A stretch of DNA of 64,000 nucleotides. Source: Bacteroidota bacterium (GTDB lineage Bacteria; Bacteroidota; Bacteroidia; Cytophagales; Cyclobacteriaceae). Below, one piece after another: positions 43,885-54,800 of the stretch. The notes beneath the pieces are model-generated. The model was not told the origin of the DNA, did no database searches, and saw only the letters and a list, made by a program, of their open reading frames with translations. A program made the translations under genes and the position numbers. Numbering within the stretch: the stretch's first letter is position 1; every line of letters begins with the position of its first letter. The stretch covers positions 146 to 64,145 of the forward strand of contig JAJRQT010000230.1 in the NCBI GenBank assembly GCA_024280115.1. The letters run 5' to 3'.

Positions 43885-43892
43885 TAAATTTG
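43885..43892 (+). promoter_or_regulatory. Possible -7 promoter motif (TAAATTTG)
   Basis: Perfect TAnnTTTG, 18 nt upstream of ATG 43911. Confidence 0.35.
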
Positions 43893-43910
43893 CCAACAAA
43901 AATTTGAGCA

Positions 43911-44396
43911 ATGGAATTAAAGGATATAGCAGCAATATCAGGAAAACCAGGTTTATTCAAAGTTATAAAACCAACCCGCACAGGATTGATTTTAGAAAGT
44001 TTAGATGGGAAAAAATCAAGACTAGCCACAGGGCCACACCACAGGGTTTCTCTCCTTCATGAAATATCCATTTATACCATGGATTACGACAAGACCATTC
44101 CGTTGCAGGAAATATTTGCTAAAATTTATAAAGAATTCGATGATGACCCCGGAGTGGATGGCAAATCTGATCCGGATGAATTGAGATCTTTTATGGAGCA
44201 CATCGTTCCTGATTATGACAAAGAGCGGGTATATGTTTCCGATATGAAAAAGCTTGTTGGATGGTATGCCATTCTTTATAGAATAGCGCCTGAGTTGTTG
44301 CAAGAGAAAAAAGAAGAAACTGAAGATTCTAAAAATGACACCGACCCACAAGTTGAAGATTCCCCGGAAGGAGATGTTGATAATAACGAAGGTTGA
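43911..44396 (+). CDS. DUF5606-like conserved Bacteroidota protein with an acidic tail
   Basis: 'ISGKPGLFKVIKPTRTGLILESLDGKKSRL' resembles DUF5606. The family call is from memory. Confidence 0.5.
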   Translation: MELKDIAAISGKPGLFKVIKPTRTGLILESLDGKKSRLATGPHHRVSLLHEISIYTMDYDKTIPLQEIFAKIYKEFDDDPGVDGKSDPDELRSFMEHIVPDYDKERVYVSDMKKLVGWYAILYRIAPELLQEKKEETEDSKNDTDPQVEDSPEGDVDNNEG

Positions 44397-44509
44397 TTTT
44401 TACTGAGTTCTCTTATTTCCAGGAAGCGAATTGGAATCAATTTGTGTATTTCGAATTGAAAGATATTAATTTGAAACTAATATGTATTGTATAGCTATAC
44501 GATTAAACT

Positions 44510-44538
44510 TTGACTAAACTAATTAATAGCTAATTTTG
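44510..44538 (+). promoter_or_regulatory. Bacteroidota sigma-A promoter (-33 TTG, 18-nt spacer, -7 TAATTTTG) for the polysaccharide operon
   Basis: TTG at 44510-44512 and TAATTTTG at 44531-44538, about 90 nt upstream of ATG 44628. Confidence 0.45.
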
Positions 44539-44627
44539 CACCTATCAATATTTATCTAAATTTTCCAAAAAATACAATTGAGTAGTTGGCACAGTTTTAC
44601 TATTAGTGTCTTTCATTTCCATTAAAA

Positions 44628-45995
44628 ATGAAAAGTCTTTTCCATTTTTTCTCAAAACACATAAGCGAGATTATTGAAAGCTCAAAAGGGCCTAATTCTT
44701 TTGTGAGGAATGTGGCTTTTAGCCTTAGTGGGAATACAATCGTTTTGGTAATAGGATTTTTTTTAACTCCGATAGTTGCAAAAATTTATGGCCCTAAATC
44801 ATATGGCGATTTTGCCCTATTCACTGCTATTTGTAGTTTAATAATTCCTTTTTCTACTATGCAACTTCAGGCTGGATACGTTGCTGCGAAAAATAGAGAG
44901 GAATTTTATAAACTCATTAGAATATCCATTTTTATTCTATTAAGTATTTCCACTCTAAGTTTGGCAGGTATCCTTTTTTATAAAAACATATCCCATAATC
45001 CAAACTATAAACTTTATCTCTTTATACCGGTTTATGTGTTTTCCGCTGGGTTTTTTTCAATTATACGAGGGTGGAATATAAAACTTCAGGAATTTAAAAA
45101 ATCTGCAAAATCCAAAGTTTTTGCCACCCTTTTAGGGAAGTCAAGTACACTTTCTTTAGGCCTGTTTTATACTCAATCTGCTTTTGGAATGATAATGGGA
45201 AGTGTAGTTGCATTTATATCGGAATCTATAGGGTTGATTAGTAAAAAAATGTTGATTGAAGCTAAGTTGATTTTAAAACAAAAGATAAAAATTAATGCTT
45301 ATAAAATTACTCTTTTCAATTTTAAACAATATCCTACCTATGTTACGCTAAACACGATAATAAATAACCTTAGCAACCAAGTACCTATTTATTTTATTGC
45401 CGCTCAGTTCACAAAAGATAATGTGGGATTGTTTTCACTGTCTTTAAGCCTTATACAGATTCCTCTAAATCTCATGGGAACTTCTATCGGAGCTGTATTT
45501 TTACCAAAAATTGCCAGCGTTATAAATGAAACAGGAAAAAGGAATAAAACGGTTGTGGATTTATATCAAAAATTATTCTATCCAGGAATTATTTCTTTAC
45601 TTATACTCGCATTTATTTTACGAATGTTTTTAACTCCTATTCTTGGATCCGAATGGCATGGGGCTAGTTATTTAAGTTCGTTTATGGCAACATCGTTTGC
45701 CTTTGGTGTTATTGCAATTCCTCTTTCTGTGGTTTACCGCCTAATTAATTTTGAAAAAGTCAACTTAAGACTTACGATAATTTTTATTATTCTAAAAATA
45801 TGTGGATTGGCATTAGGAGCTATTGCAAACAGCTTTAATCTGGCAGTGTTTATATACTTCCTTATTTCACTTTTACATAATGGCATCCAGGTTATATTGT
45901 TATTTAGAAAACTAAAAATCAATTACGGTTTTGTTGTCAGAGATTTGATTGGAATAATCATTATTTACATGCTTTCTTACTACATTATCAACTAA
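44628..45995 (+). CDS. Polysaccharide/oligosaccharide flippase (Wzx-like, MOP superfamily)
   Basis: 455 aa with 12 or more hydrophobic helices. First gene of a glycan locus. Confidence 0.65.
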   Translation: MKSLFHFFSKHISEIIESSKGPNSFVRNVAFSLSGNTIVLVIGFFLTPIVAKIYGPKSYGDFALFTAICSLIIPFSTMQLQAGYVAAKNREEFYKLIRISIFILLSISTLSLAGILFYKNISHNPNYKLYLFIPVYVFSAGFFSIIRGWNIKLQEFKKSAKSKVFATLLGKSSTLSLGLFYTQSAFGMIMGSVVAFISESIGLISKKMLIEAKLILKQKIKINAYKITLFNFKQYPTYVTLNTIINNLSNQVPIYFIAAQFTKDNVGLFSLSLSLIQIPLNLMGTSIGAVFLPKIASVINETGKRNKTVVDLYQKLFYPGIISLLILAFILRMFLTPILGSEWHGASYLSSFMATSFAFGVIAIPLSVVYRLINFEKVNLRLTIIFIILKICGLALGAIANSFNLAVFIYFLISLLHNGIQVILLFRKLKINYGFVVRDLIGIIIIYMLSYYIIN

Positions 45996-46021
45996 AAATC
46001 AACAAAAGAGGAAATCATTCA

Positions 46022-47161
46022 ATGAAAATTTTACTAAAAGGGTATTATGGATTTGGCAATTTGGGAGATGACCTTTTAATGTTGGTAACCTATAAACTGG
46101 TTAAAAAGAAATATCCTGATTCTGAGATCACGATTTTTTCTAATTATACCGAAAATTTAAAAGAATTCAATCGTAAACAAGGATACAACAAATATATCTA
46201 TAAAATTTTAGGCGTAGAAGTACCACTGATTGACTGGACATTTAAAGGTTATTTTGACTTGGTTGTAAATGGTGGTGGTGGTATTTATTTTGACGATAAA
46301 AAGGGGCCTGTTTATTACTTTCTAATTAATTCAGTAGTAAAATGGTTGGGGATAGATAATGTATTTAAAATTGATTCAATGCTCAGGCGAATTACAAGTA
46401 AATCTAACCGTATAAAGTTCGGGAAGCATATTGGAATTGGAATTGGAATTGGTCCCTTTCATCCGTCAGCAAAATTGTTCTATCGGAATTTAGCAGAACT
46501 GGGTTCCTATAATAAAATAAGTGTTCGAGATCATATCAGCTACAATCTAACTAATCAATTGAAATACAAAAAGAATTTGTATCACAGTACAGATTTATCT
46601 TTTTTGTCAGAATTGTGGGTAACTCAACCTTCATTTAACATTGTCAATAAGGAAAATAATATAATTGGCATTATACTAAAGGGTGGAACTTTAGATATTT
46701 ATAATCATTACAAACAATTAGCAACACAACTAGAAAGGCAAAATATGAAAGTTGAGTTCTTCGCCTTTGATGAAGACTGTGATAACGATTATATTAGCAA
46801 AATGCAACCCGAATATGATGTAAATATTTGGAATCCTGATAAGATGGATTTTGAAAATTATTTAAACAGTTTATGGAAATGTTCGATTTGCATTACTGAT
46901 AGAGCACATGGGGCGATACTTGGGGCAATAGGAAATACTATACCACTGGTAATTCAATCATCTCAGAAGTCAGATCAAATTGTTGAACTTCTCAGATTAG
47001 AAAAATTACTTAGCATTATTAACCTTGATAAATTCTATAAATTGGATGATGTCATTCAGGTTGTTAACAACCGAAACAATATTTCGAAAAAATTGAACAA
47101 GATAGTTCAGGAAAAGAAAAAAATCCTCCTTGATAATATTAATGAGCTGATATCAATATGA
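46022..47161 (+). CDS. Polysaccharide pyruvyl transferase (CsaB/WcaK-like)
   Basis: 'GYYGFGNLGDDLLM' N-terminal signature and 'TDRAHGAILG' near the C-terminus. Confidence 0.7.
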   Translation: MKILLKGYYGFGNLGDDLLMLVTYKLVKKKYPDSEITIFSNYTENLKEFNRKQGYNKYIYKILGVEVPLIDWTFKGYFDLVVNGGGGIYFDDKKGPVYYFLINSVVKWLGIDNVFKIDSMLRRITSKSNRIKFGKHIGIGIGIGPFHPSAKLFYRNLAELGSYNKISVRDHISYNLTNQLKYKKNLYHSTDLSFLSELWVTQPSFNIVNKENNIIGIILKGGTLDIYNHYKQLATQLERQNMKVEFFAFDEDCDNDYISKMQPEYDVNIWNPDKMDFENYLNSLWKCSICITDRAHGAILGAIGNTIPLVIQSSQKSDQIVELLRLEKLLSIINLDKFYKLDDVIQVVNNRNNISKKLNKIVQEKKKILLDNINELISI

Positions 47162-48273
47162 AGATTGTATTTATAGTAGGAACACGGCCTGAATTCATAA
47201 AAGTGGCGCCTGTTTATAAGGCTTTCAAAGAAGATACAAGGTGGGAATCTATCTTAGTATCTTCAGGACAGCATTCCTCAATGTTGAGTCAACTGTATGA
47301 TTTTTTTGAGATTAAACCTGATTATGACCTCAACGTGATGAAGGAAAATCAATCATTGAGTTTATTAACATCCGTTTTAATTGATACAATATACCAACTA
47401 CTTGATGATTTGAAGCCTGAATATGTACTCGTTCAAGGTGATACAACTACCACATTTGCAGCATCACTTGCGGCTTATTACCATAAAATTTCGGTCCTTC
47501 ACCTTGAAGCTGGCTTAAGGACAAATAATAATTATGAACCGTTTCCTGAGGAAATTAATAGAAAGATGACTTCAGAAATTGCGGACTACCATTTTTGCCC
47601 AACAGATATTGCTAATAAAAATTTGCGAAAGGAAAACATAACCGACAATGTGTTTACTATTGGCAATACAGTAATTGATAGCTTGCTTTGGGTAAAATCA
47701 AAGGTACAAGCGGACAAAAAAAAATATGATGAAAAGTTCAATTATTTGAAGTCTCCTTTTAAAAAATTGGTGTTGATAACTGCACATAGAAGAGAAAGTT
47801 TTGGTGGTGGCATTCGTAATATATCCATAGCTATTAGAGAATTAGCAAGAGAATATGAAGATTATACGTTTGTTTACCCCGTTCATTTAAATCCGAATGT
47901 TAAGGAAATCGTTTATAATGAAATAGATAATATTAACAATGTTTTTTTACTTCCTCCACTAAATTATGATGAGATGGTATATTTAATGATATCATCATAT
48001 ATAATCATGACGGATTCCGGAGGTATTCAGGAAGAGGCCCCAAGTTTAGATATACCTGTAATTGTACTTAGAGAAACCACAGAAAGAGTTGAAGCAATAC
48101 GGGCGAATACCTGTATGCTTGCCGGATCGAATACTCAACAGATCATAAGTGCATTCAAAAAAATTGCTGATAATATGAATATTTATAATTCTATGGCTCA
48201 AGCACCCAACCCGTATGGTGATGGAAAGAGTTCTAAATTACTAAAGAGTATTTTTGATAAAAATATAATTTAA
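47158..48273 (+). CDS. wecB: UDP-N-acetylglucosamine 2-epimerase (non-hydrolysing)
   Basis: 'KIVFIVGTRPEFIKVAPV', 'VQGDTTTTFAASLAA', 'HLEAGLRT' and 'TDSGGIQEEAPSL'. Start overlaps the previous stop (ATGA). Confidence 0.9.
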   Translation: MKIVFIVGTRPEFIKVAPVYKAFKEDTRWESILVSSGQHSSMLSQLYDFFEIKPDYDLNVMKENQSLSLLTSVLIDTIYQLLDDLKPEYVLVQGDTTTTFAASLAAYYHKISVLHLEAGLRTNNNYEPFPEEINRKMTSEIADYHFCPTDIANKNLRKENITDNVFTIGNTVIDSLLWVKSKVQADKKKYDEKFNYLKSPFKKLVLITAHRRESFGGGIRNISIAIRELAREYEDYTFVYPVHLNPNVKEIVYNEIDNINNVFLLPPLNYDEMVYLMISSYIIMTDSGGIQEEAPSLDIPVIVLRETTERVEAIRANTCMLAGSNTQQIISAFKKIADNMNIYNSMAQAPNPYGDGKSSKLLKSIFDKNII

Positions 48274-48276
48274 GCT

Positions 48277-49482
48277 TTGAAGCGACTACTGTTTATTAGC
48301 ATTTCATGCCCTCCCAAATCTGGACCTGAGAGTTTGCAAACAGGTAAATATTTAAAAGGGTTATCAAAACATTTTCATATTGACTTTATAACTACCAGAG
48401 CGATTGATTATGGCTGGAATAAAATTGCTGGAAAAAGAGAAGATTTACTAACTCCTTTTGTGAATTCAATAATGGAGCTGAATGGTTATAATGGAAGAAT
48501 AGGGTCTAAAATTAAGTCTTGGTTACCTAAACAAATAAAATTTCCTGACGACCACTTTCATTTCCATAAATCATCAAAATACGTTTTAAAACATTTGACA
48601 AGACTACCTGATGCTATTTATTCCCGTTCATCGCCTTTGAGTTCAACTCTGCTTGCTTATAAACTGAAGGAAAAAATTAATAGACCGTGGATATTGCATT
48701 TGAGTGATCCCTGGGCGAATAACCCATTTCATACTTATGATAGGAAAAAAAATGAATACTGGGAACAGGTTTGCATTTCTAAAGCTGATCTTGTAACGGT
48801 AACCAATAAGAATTATCAAAATTTCTTAAGAGAAAAGTATCCTGCTCATCAAAATAAATTTAAAATATCCTACAATGTTTACGAGCAAGTAGATGTAAAA
48901 CCATTGGATTTTAGTAAAAAATTCACAATGATTTATTTTGGTAATTTTTATGGTGATAGGCATCCGGGCATTCTCCTGAAACCTCTATCAAAAGCATATC
49001 ATGAATCCCCGGATAGCTTCAATAATTTAAATGTTTTCTTTTATGGAAATATTGATTCAAAATCGCGACAAATAATAGAAAAATATAAATTGCCATTTGT
49101 TCTTCATAAGGGATTCTTTGCTCAAAATGACATCCCCTCCATAGTGGAAAATGCTACACTATTAGTGAATTTAGAAGACCGTTTCGCCAGCGAGCCAAGT
49201 ATCTTATTTTTACCGTCAAAAATCATGGATTATATATCCTATCAAAAACTTATACTTTCTATATCTTCAAGTCTCAGCCCATCATCGCCTATAATAAGTA
49301 ATAATTATGGACATGTTTTTACACATGATAATATTAATGGAATAGCAAGTTTTATTAAAGGTGCTATAAAAGCATTTTCTGAGAAAAATCATAACTTTTT
49401 TAAAGTTCTACCTCCTGACAACCTGTATTCCAGCGAGTTTCAGGTAGAAAAATTAAAGAATAGAATTTTAAAACTACTATAA
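48277..49482 (+). CDS. Glycosyltransferase, GT-B fold (WcaI/GT4-like), putative
   Basis: 'LLFISISCPPKSGPESLQ' resembles the N-terminus of WcaI-type GT4 enzymes. TTG start 3 nt after the wecB stop. No clear E-x7-E motif seen. Confidence 0.5.
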   Translation: MKRLLFISISCPPKSGPESLQTGKYLKGLSKHFHIDFITTRAIDYGWNKIAGKREDLLTPFVNSIMELNGYNGRIGSKIKSWLPKQIKFPDDHFHFHKSSKYVLKHLTRLPDAIYSRSSPLSSTLLAYKLKEKINRPWILHLSDPWANNPFHTYDRKKNEYWEQVCISKADLVTVTNKNYQNFLREKYPAHQNKFKISYNVYEQVDVKPLDFSKKFTMIYFGNFYGDRHPGILLKPLSKAYHESPDSFNNLNVFFYGNIDSKSRQIIEKYKLPFVLHKGFFAQNDIPSIVENATLLVNLEDRFASEPSILFLPSKIMDYISYQKLILSISSSLSPSSPIISNNYGHVFTHDNINGIASFIKGAIKAFSEKNHNFFKVLPPDNLYSSEFQVEKLKNRILKLL

Positions 49483-49499
49483 TTATGAATAGGTATTAG

Positions 49500-50720
49500 A
49501 TGAAAACTATAGTTATGATTCTACCGGAATTTGGATATGGTGGCGCAGAGAAGTCATTTAGCGCTTTAAGCGTTGAATTATCTAAAATTTACAAAATCAA
49601 GATAGTAGTATTCAACTTGCTTCAAGCACCTATTTATCCTATTGGTGGTGAGGTGCTGTCCTTGGAAATATTTTCATCCAACAATTGGATCACAAAATTG
49701 ATAAGGTTTTATAAAAAAGTCATTCGTCTAAGAAAAATTAAAAAGCAATTTAAACCCCATGTAAGTATCAGCTTTTTGGAGGGCGCTGATTATATCAATA
49801 TACTATCTTCGCAAAAAGAGAAAACTATCATTAGTATTCGAGGTTCTAAGATGTATGATCAGAATATTTCCGGATTTTCTGGCCATATAAGGAAAAGAAT
49901 ATTGTTACCCTTACTTTATAAAAAGGCAACAAAAATTGTCACCCTTAGTCAAGGAATCAAACAAGAAATACTGACCACAAATAAGAAATCAGTAGAATCA
50001 AAGATTACAACAATTTATAATTTCATTGACAGAGATAAAGTTAACAACTTGGCGAAAGAGCCTTTATCAAAAAGTTGGGCTCATTTTTTTGAAGATCACA
50101 GAATACTAATATTTTCAGGCCGCTTATCCATTGAAAAGGGATTACATTTATTTCTACCAATCTATTCAGAATTAACAAGACGGTTGGATGATATTAGATT
50201 AATAATTGTTGGAGAAGGTGAATACCTGGCATCACTTCAAAATATTTGCGAAAATTTAAAGCTTTCATATGGTTTTTATATTGATCAAAAAGTCTCAGAT
50301 AGTAATATGAAAGTACTTTTTTTAGGATATCAGCCTAACCCTTTTAAATGGATTAGTTATGCCAGTATATTTGTTTCATCTTCAATACATGAGGGTTTTG
50401 GTAATTCAATCCTGGAAGCGCTAATATGTGGTGTACCGGTTATTGCCTCAGATTGTCCTTATGGACCAAGAGAAATACTAACCAATATTCCATATTCTAA
50501 ACAAATATCTTACCCTTTTACAACAGATGTTGGTATTCTTTTACCATTAATTAGTGTGGATAACAACGTTATGCAGACATGGTTAGACACAATGTATAAT
50601 ACACTAGAAATGCCTTCAAATAAGCAAGTCGATAGTGTTTGTTTAAATATTCTGATTGATAAATTTGACAAGAAGGCTTATATAAAGAATTGGCATAATC
50701 TTATTGCAAAATTATATTAA
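49500..50720 (+). CDS. Glycosyltransferase family 4
   Basis: 'GGAEKS' N-terminus and 'EGFGNSILEALICGVPVIASDCPYGPREIL'. Confidence 0.8.
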   Translation: MKTIVMILPEFGYGGAEKSFSALSVELSKIYKIKIVVFNLLQAPIYPIGGEVLSLEIFSSNNWITKLIRFYKKVIRLRKIKKQFKPHVSISFLEGADYINILSSQKEKTIISIRGSKMYDQNISGFSGHIRKRILLPLLYKKATKIVTLSQGIKQEILTTNKKSVESKITTIYNFIDRDKVNNLAKEPLSKSWAHFFEDHRILIFSGRLSIEKGLHLFLPIYSELTRRLDDIRLIIVGEGEYLASLQNICENLKLSYGFYIDQKVSDSNMKVLFLGYQPNPFKWISYASIFVSSSIHEGFGNSILEALICGVPVIASDCPYGPREILTNIPYSKQISYPFTTDVGILLPLISVDNNVMQTWLDTMYNTLEMPSNKQVDSVCLNILIDKFDKKAYIKNWHNLIAKLY

Positions 50721-51843
50721 AACATTGAATAAAGTTCTTATCATAGAAAATTCCCCGGCATTCACAGGTGCCTTCAAATCCATCTTTCAGGTTACAAGAG
50801 AATTGTCTTCAAAGAATGAGTTTATTTACGTAATCCCTAAAGGTTCAAAAAATAAGAGCCCACTTGAAAAGGCCAGTTTTAAAGTTATAGAATTACATTT
50901 CATTGAGATTGCCAAAAGCCTTAGCATTCTTAGGTACTTACCCCAGCTTCTTATTAATACCTTAAAAATCAAAACCCTGATAAAAAAAAATCGAATTGAT
51001 ATTGTCCATATAAATGATCTGTACAACATGATTGGTGTTCTACAAAAAATTATCAATCCGAATATCAAACTTGTGTATCATGTAAGACTATTGTCAAACT
51101 CATATGCAAGAAAAATATACCCGGTATGGAAAATGTTAATTGAGAGATATGCCGATGAGATAATTTGTGTTTCAAAATCAGTTGCAAGTAATTTCAGTAA
51201 AGAAAAAACTACCATAATTTATGACACAATTTCTCATGTGGATGTCAAACAAAATAAAGAGAGAGGCTCAAAAAATGATGTAATAACCATTCTTTACTTA
51301 GCCAATTATATTCCTGGAAAAGGACATAAACAAGCTATTGAAGCATATCATAAAGCTTTACCAAATATTGGCAACACCCAATTGATTTTCTTCGGCGGAA
51401 CACTTAACAAAGCTAAAAATCAAAGATTCAAGCAATCATTAATTCAACTTACTCATGATTTGGATTTAAGTGATAATATTGTGTTTAATGATTTTGCTAA
51501 AGATCCAGAAGACGAAATAATAAAATCAGACTTAATGCTTAATTTTTCAGAATCTGAATCTTTCTCAATGACAACTTTAGAAGCCTTGCTTTATGGAACT
51601 CCAATTATTGCTACTAACTGTGGAGGTCCTTCCGAGATTATAGAAAATGGAAAATCAGGAATTCTTGTCCCTGTTAATGATATTGATGCCATGGCCACAG
51701 CCATCGTAAAACTAGTTAATAACCCGGAATTAAGAAATTCTATAATAATTGAAGGAACAAAAAGAGTAAATTCTAAGTTTAATTTTGATGGACAAATTAA
51801 GTATCTGCAAGGCATTTATACAGGGTTACTAAGTGAGAATTAA
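50704..51843 (+). CDS. Glycosyltransferase family 4
   Basis: 'SESFSMTTLEALLYGTPIIATNCGGPSEIIENGKSGILV'. The start is uncertain: TTG at 50704 or TTG at 50725. Confidence 0.8.
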   Translation: MQNYIKTLNKVLIIENSPAFTGAFKSIFQVTRELSSKNEFIYVIPKGSKNKSPLEKASFKVIELHFIEIAKSLSILRYLPQLLINTLKIKTLIKKNRIDIVHINDLYNMIGVLQKIINPNIKLVYHVRLLSNSYARKIYPVWKMLIERYADEIICVSKSVASNFSKEKTTIIYDTISHVDVKQNKERGSKNDVITILYLANYIPGKGHKQAIEAYHKALPNIGNTQLIFFGGTLNKAKNQRFKQSLIQLTHDLDLSDNIVFNDFAKDPEDEIIKSDLMLNFSESESFSMTTLEALLYGTPIIATNCGGPSEIIENGKSGILVPVNDIDAMATAIVKLVNNPELRNSIIIEGTKRVNSKFNFDGQIKYLQGIYTGLLSEN

Positions 51844-51867
51844 AAGCATTAATAGCTATTAATTCAG

Positions 51868-54800
51868 ATGTTAAAGAGGACTTTATTTTTTTGTAGTATA
51901 ATTACTTTTTTTATTGCTAAGCTTAGTTTCGGCCAATGTCCGACCAGCTATTTTAGCTTACCAGCATCTGCATGCATCAATGAGCAGATTTTTCCAGAGA
52001 ATAGTTCAACAGGTGCAATTTCATACGTTTGGGACTTTTGCAGTGGTGACTTTGAGTTAACTCCTACGATAGAAAGTATAGGTTCCAGTAAATTTATTGG
52101 TAGGGGCCGCTCTTTTAGAATTGTTGAAACTGACGAGGGTAATTGGATAGGGTTTTCGATAGATCAGGCAGGGAATCGCTTAGTAAGATTTGAGTTTGGC
52201 TCAAGCCCGCAGAATAAACCATCTATCACGAATCTTGGCAATCCATCTTCAGCGCTTTCTGGGGCTTTCGATTTTAATATTGTGCAGGCATCTGGTCAAT
52301 GGTATATATTGGTAGTCAATTCTTTAACAAATGAATTCATCAGAATTTCTTTTGGCTATGATTTGCTGAATATTTCACCGGCTGTTGATAATTTGGGAAG
52401 TTTTGGAGAACTAAATAAGCCAAATAGCCTGACAACAGTTATTGAGGCAGACAATGTTTTTACTTTTATCTCTAATGGTGGTAATGGCAGCATCACAAGA
52501 TTAGAATTTGGCAATTCAATAGAAAATTCACCCGCCGCCACTTCATTTATTGTTACCGGCATTAAAAATCCTAGAGGAATTGATATCATCAAAGATTGTG
52601 ATCGTTGGGTTGGGTTGGTCACATCCTATTCAAATAACAAATTATTCTATCTCGATTTTCAGGATGGACTATCGCAAAAACCTATTACTGATATTATATC
52701 ATTCTTCGCCTCATTTAACTTCCCGGCAGGCCTTTCTATTATTCACGAAGGTGGTCAATATTATAGTTTGATTCAATCGGCGCTTGGTGATTTGTATAAA
52801 CTCTCCTTTGGAGCAAGTATTTCTGATTTTACAGGGAATGGACAAAATTTAGGAAATTTTGGATTGAAAGCTAATTTTGCGAATGAATGGATAAATAGCG
52901 GTTCTGACTGGTATGGTTTTTCAATTGAATTAAGTAATCCTTCAACACCTGGAGCAGGTAACCTTATTCGATTTACCTTCCCCACAATTTGTTATAATAC
53001 CAAGGTTACTTCAAATTTGAAAAATCCTGAATCTAAATACACTTCCAGCGGCACTTATCAAATATCTTTAGAATCAAGTGATGTTAACGGAAATGTAAAT
53101 ACTTTCAATAAATCCATCACAATCTCTTCTTCCGAGGCTCCTCAAATTGATGCTCAAATTACCGGTAACTGCATATCTAGTCCCATAAATTTTTCCGGCC
53201 AGGAACTATCAGGAACAATTAATAGCTGGAAATGGGATTTTGGAGATGGTTCCGGTACCTCAATTTTACAAAGCGACAGTTATGCTTATTCCAAGTCTGG
53301 CACTTACCCAGTTAAGCTAAATGTGAAAGATGCCAATGGGTGCAGCAATGTTATTATGGATACGGTCCGGATATATGAAGAACCCATCTCCAATTTTTCC
53401 TATCCCGGAAATTTATGCACAAATAATCCTGTATTGTTTACCAATACCAGCACTGGCGAAACGGGTCCCGTAGTTACTTGGGTATGGGATTTTAATGGAG
53501 AAGGGAGCTCAACAGATAAAGAATCAATCTTTTCGTTTGCGGAAGGTGGTGATAAAAATATAACACTGTCAACTTCGATTCCTGGTTGCTCCTCCGAAAT
53601 ATCTAAAATCATCAACATCATCCCTGGACCAATAACAAATTTCATTTTCAATGGCAATTGCGAATATGACCAGTTTGAATTTACAAATAACACAACAGGA
53701 GACGATATCACCGGATACCAATGGAATTTTGGAGATGGTTATTTTTCTTCTAAATCTTCACCCAGGCATAGATTTGAAGCATGTGGCAATTATGTAGTTG
53801 GCCTTACAGCATCTAATGCATTGGGTTGCAGCACAAAGCTTAAAAAAGTAGTTCCCGTTCGATACATTCCAGAATTGAACTTTACGAATGATCTGGCCTG
53901 TTCTGAAAATACGGTTACTTTTTTTGATCAATCTTCAGTTCAGGGTGCCAATATCGTAGAACGAAATTGGATATTGAAAAACAATAGTCTTGGATACGAA
54001 CAATATTCCCAAGGGCTGTCGCCTTCATTTTTATTGGAAGGTGCCGGTGAATATGAAGTAACCCAGATTGATTTTAGTAACTATGGTTGTATGGATACAT
54101 TGGTTAGAAACATTAATGTCTATAAATCCCCTGTAGCTGATTTTATAATTGAGAACACTTGTCTTGGAGATTCAACTCTTTTATCTCCCGCTGTTCAACT
54201 ACCGGAAGGAACAACTTTGACAAGTGTGGATTGGTTAATTGATGGAGGAATATATTCCGAGGATGTGGTAAAACATAAATTTAAAGACCCAGGAAATTTC
54301 GATATCGAACTTTACATACGCGCAAGCAATTTGTGCTCCGGAAACATTTCCAAAATACTCGCCATAAACCCACTGCCTGAAGTTGATTTTTTAATGTCTT
54401 CCTTTTGCAAGGATCAATTAGTTGATTTGAAATCAACCACAACCTCCAGCTTTGATCCTGTAAAATCTTATACATGGTCCATAGATGATCATCCTGTTTC
54501 GTGGCAGGATCAATTCCAATATGAGTTTAAGAAAGCGGATCGATATAATGTGACCTTGGGTGTCATCACCAAAAATAATTGCCCGGCATCCAAGGACAAA
54601 ACCATAGAAATAAATCCATCTCCCAGGTCTGAGTTTGATGCTTTTCCATCGTATGGGGCAAGTCCATTGAAAGTCAGTTTTATCGATAGATCAAAAGGAG
54701 CACAAACCGTTCAATATTTATTCAGTAAATACAATAAAGATGGGACCAATGAAGCGAACCCAATATATATCTATAACAACATTGGTAAAGACCTTTCTAC

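Noticed and set aside
46433-46452. (GGAATT)x3 microsatellite inside the pyruvyl transferase gene, considered as a phase-variation tract.
   Set aside because: The hexamer unit keeps the reading frame (it encodes GIGIGIG) and three copies are too few for efficient slippage. It is probably incidental.
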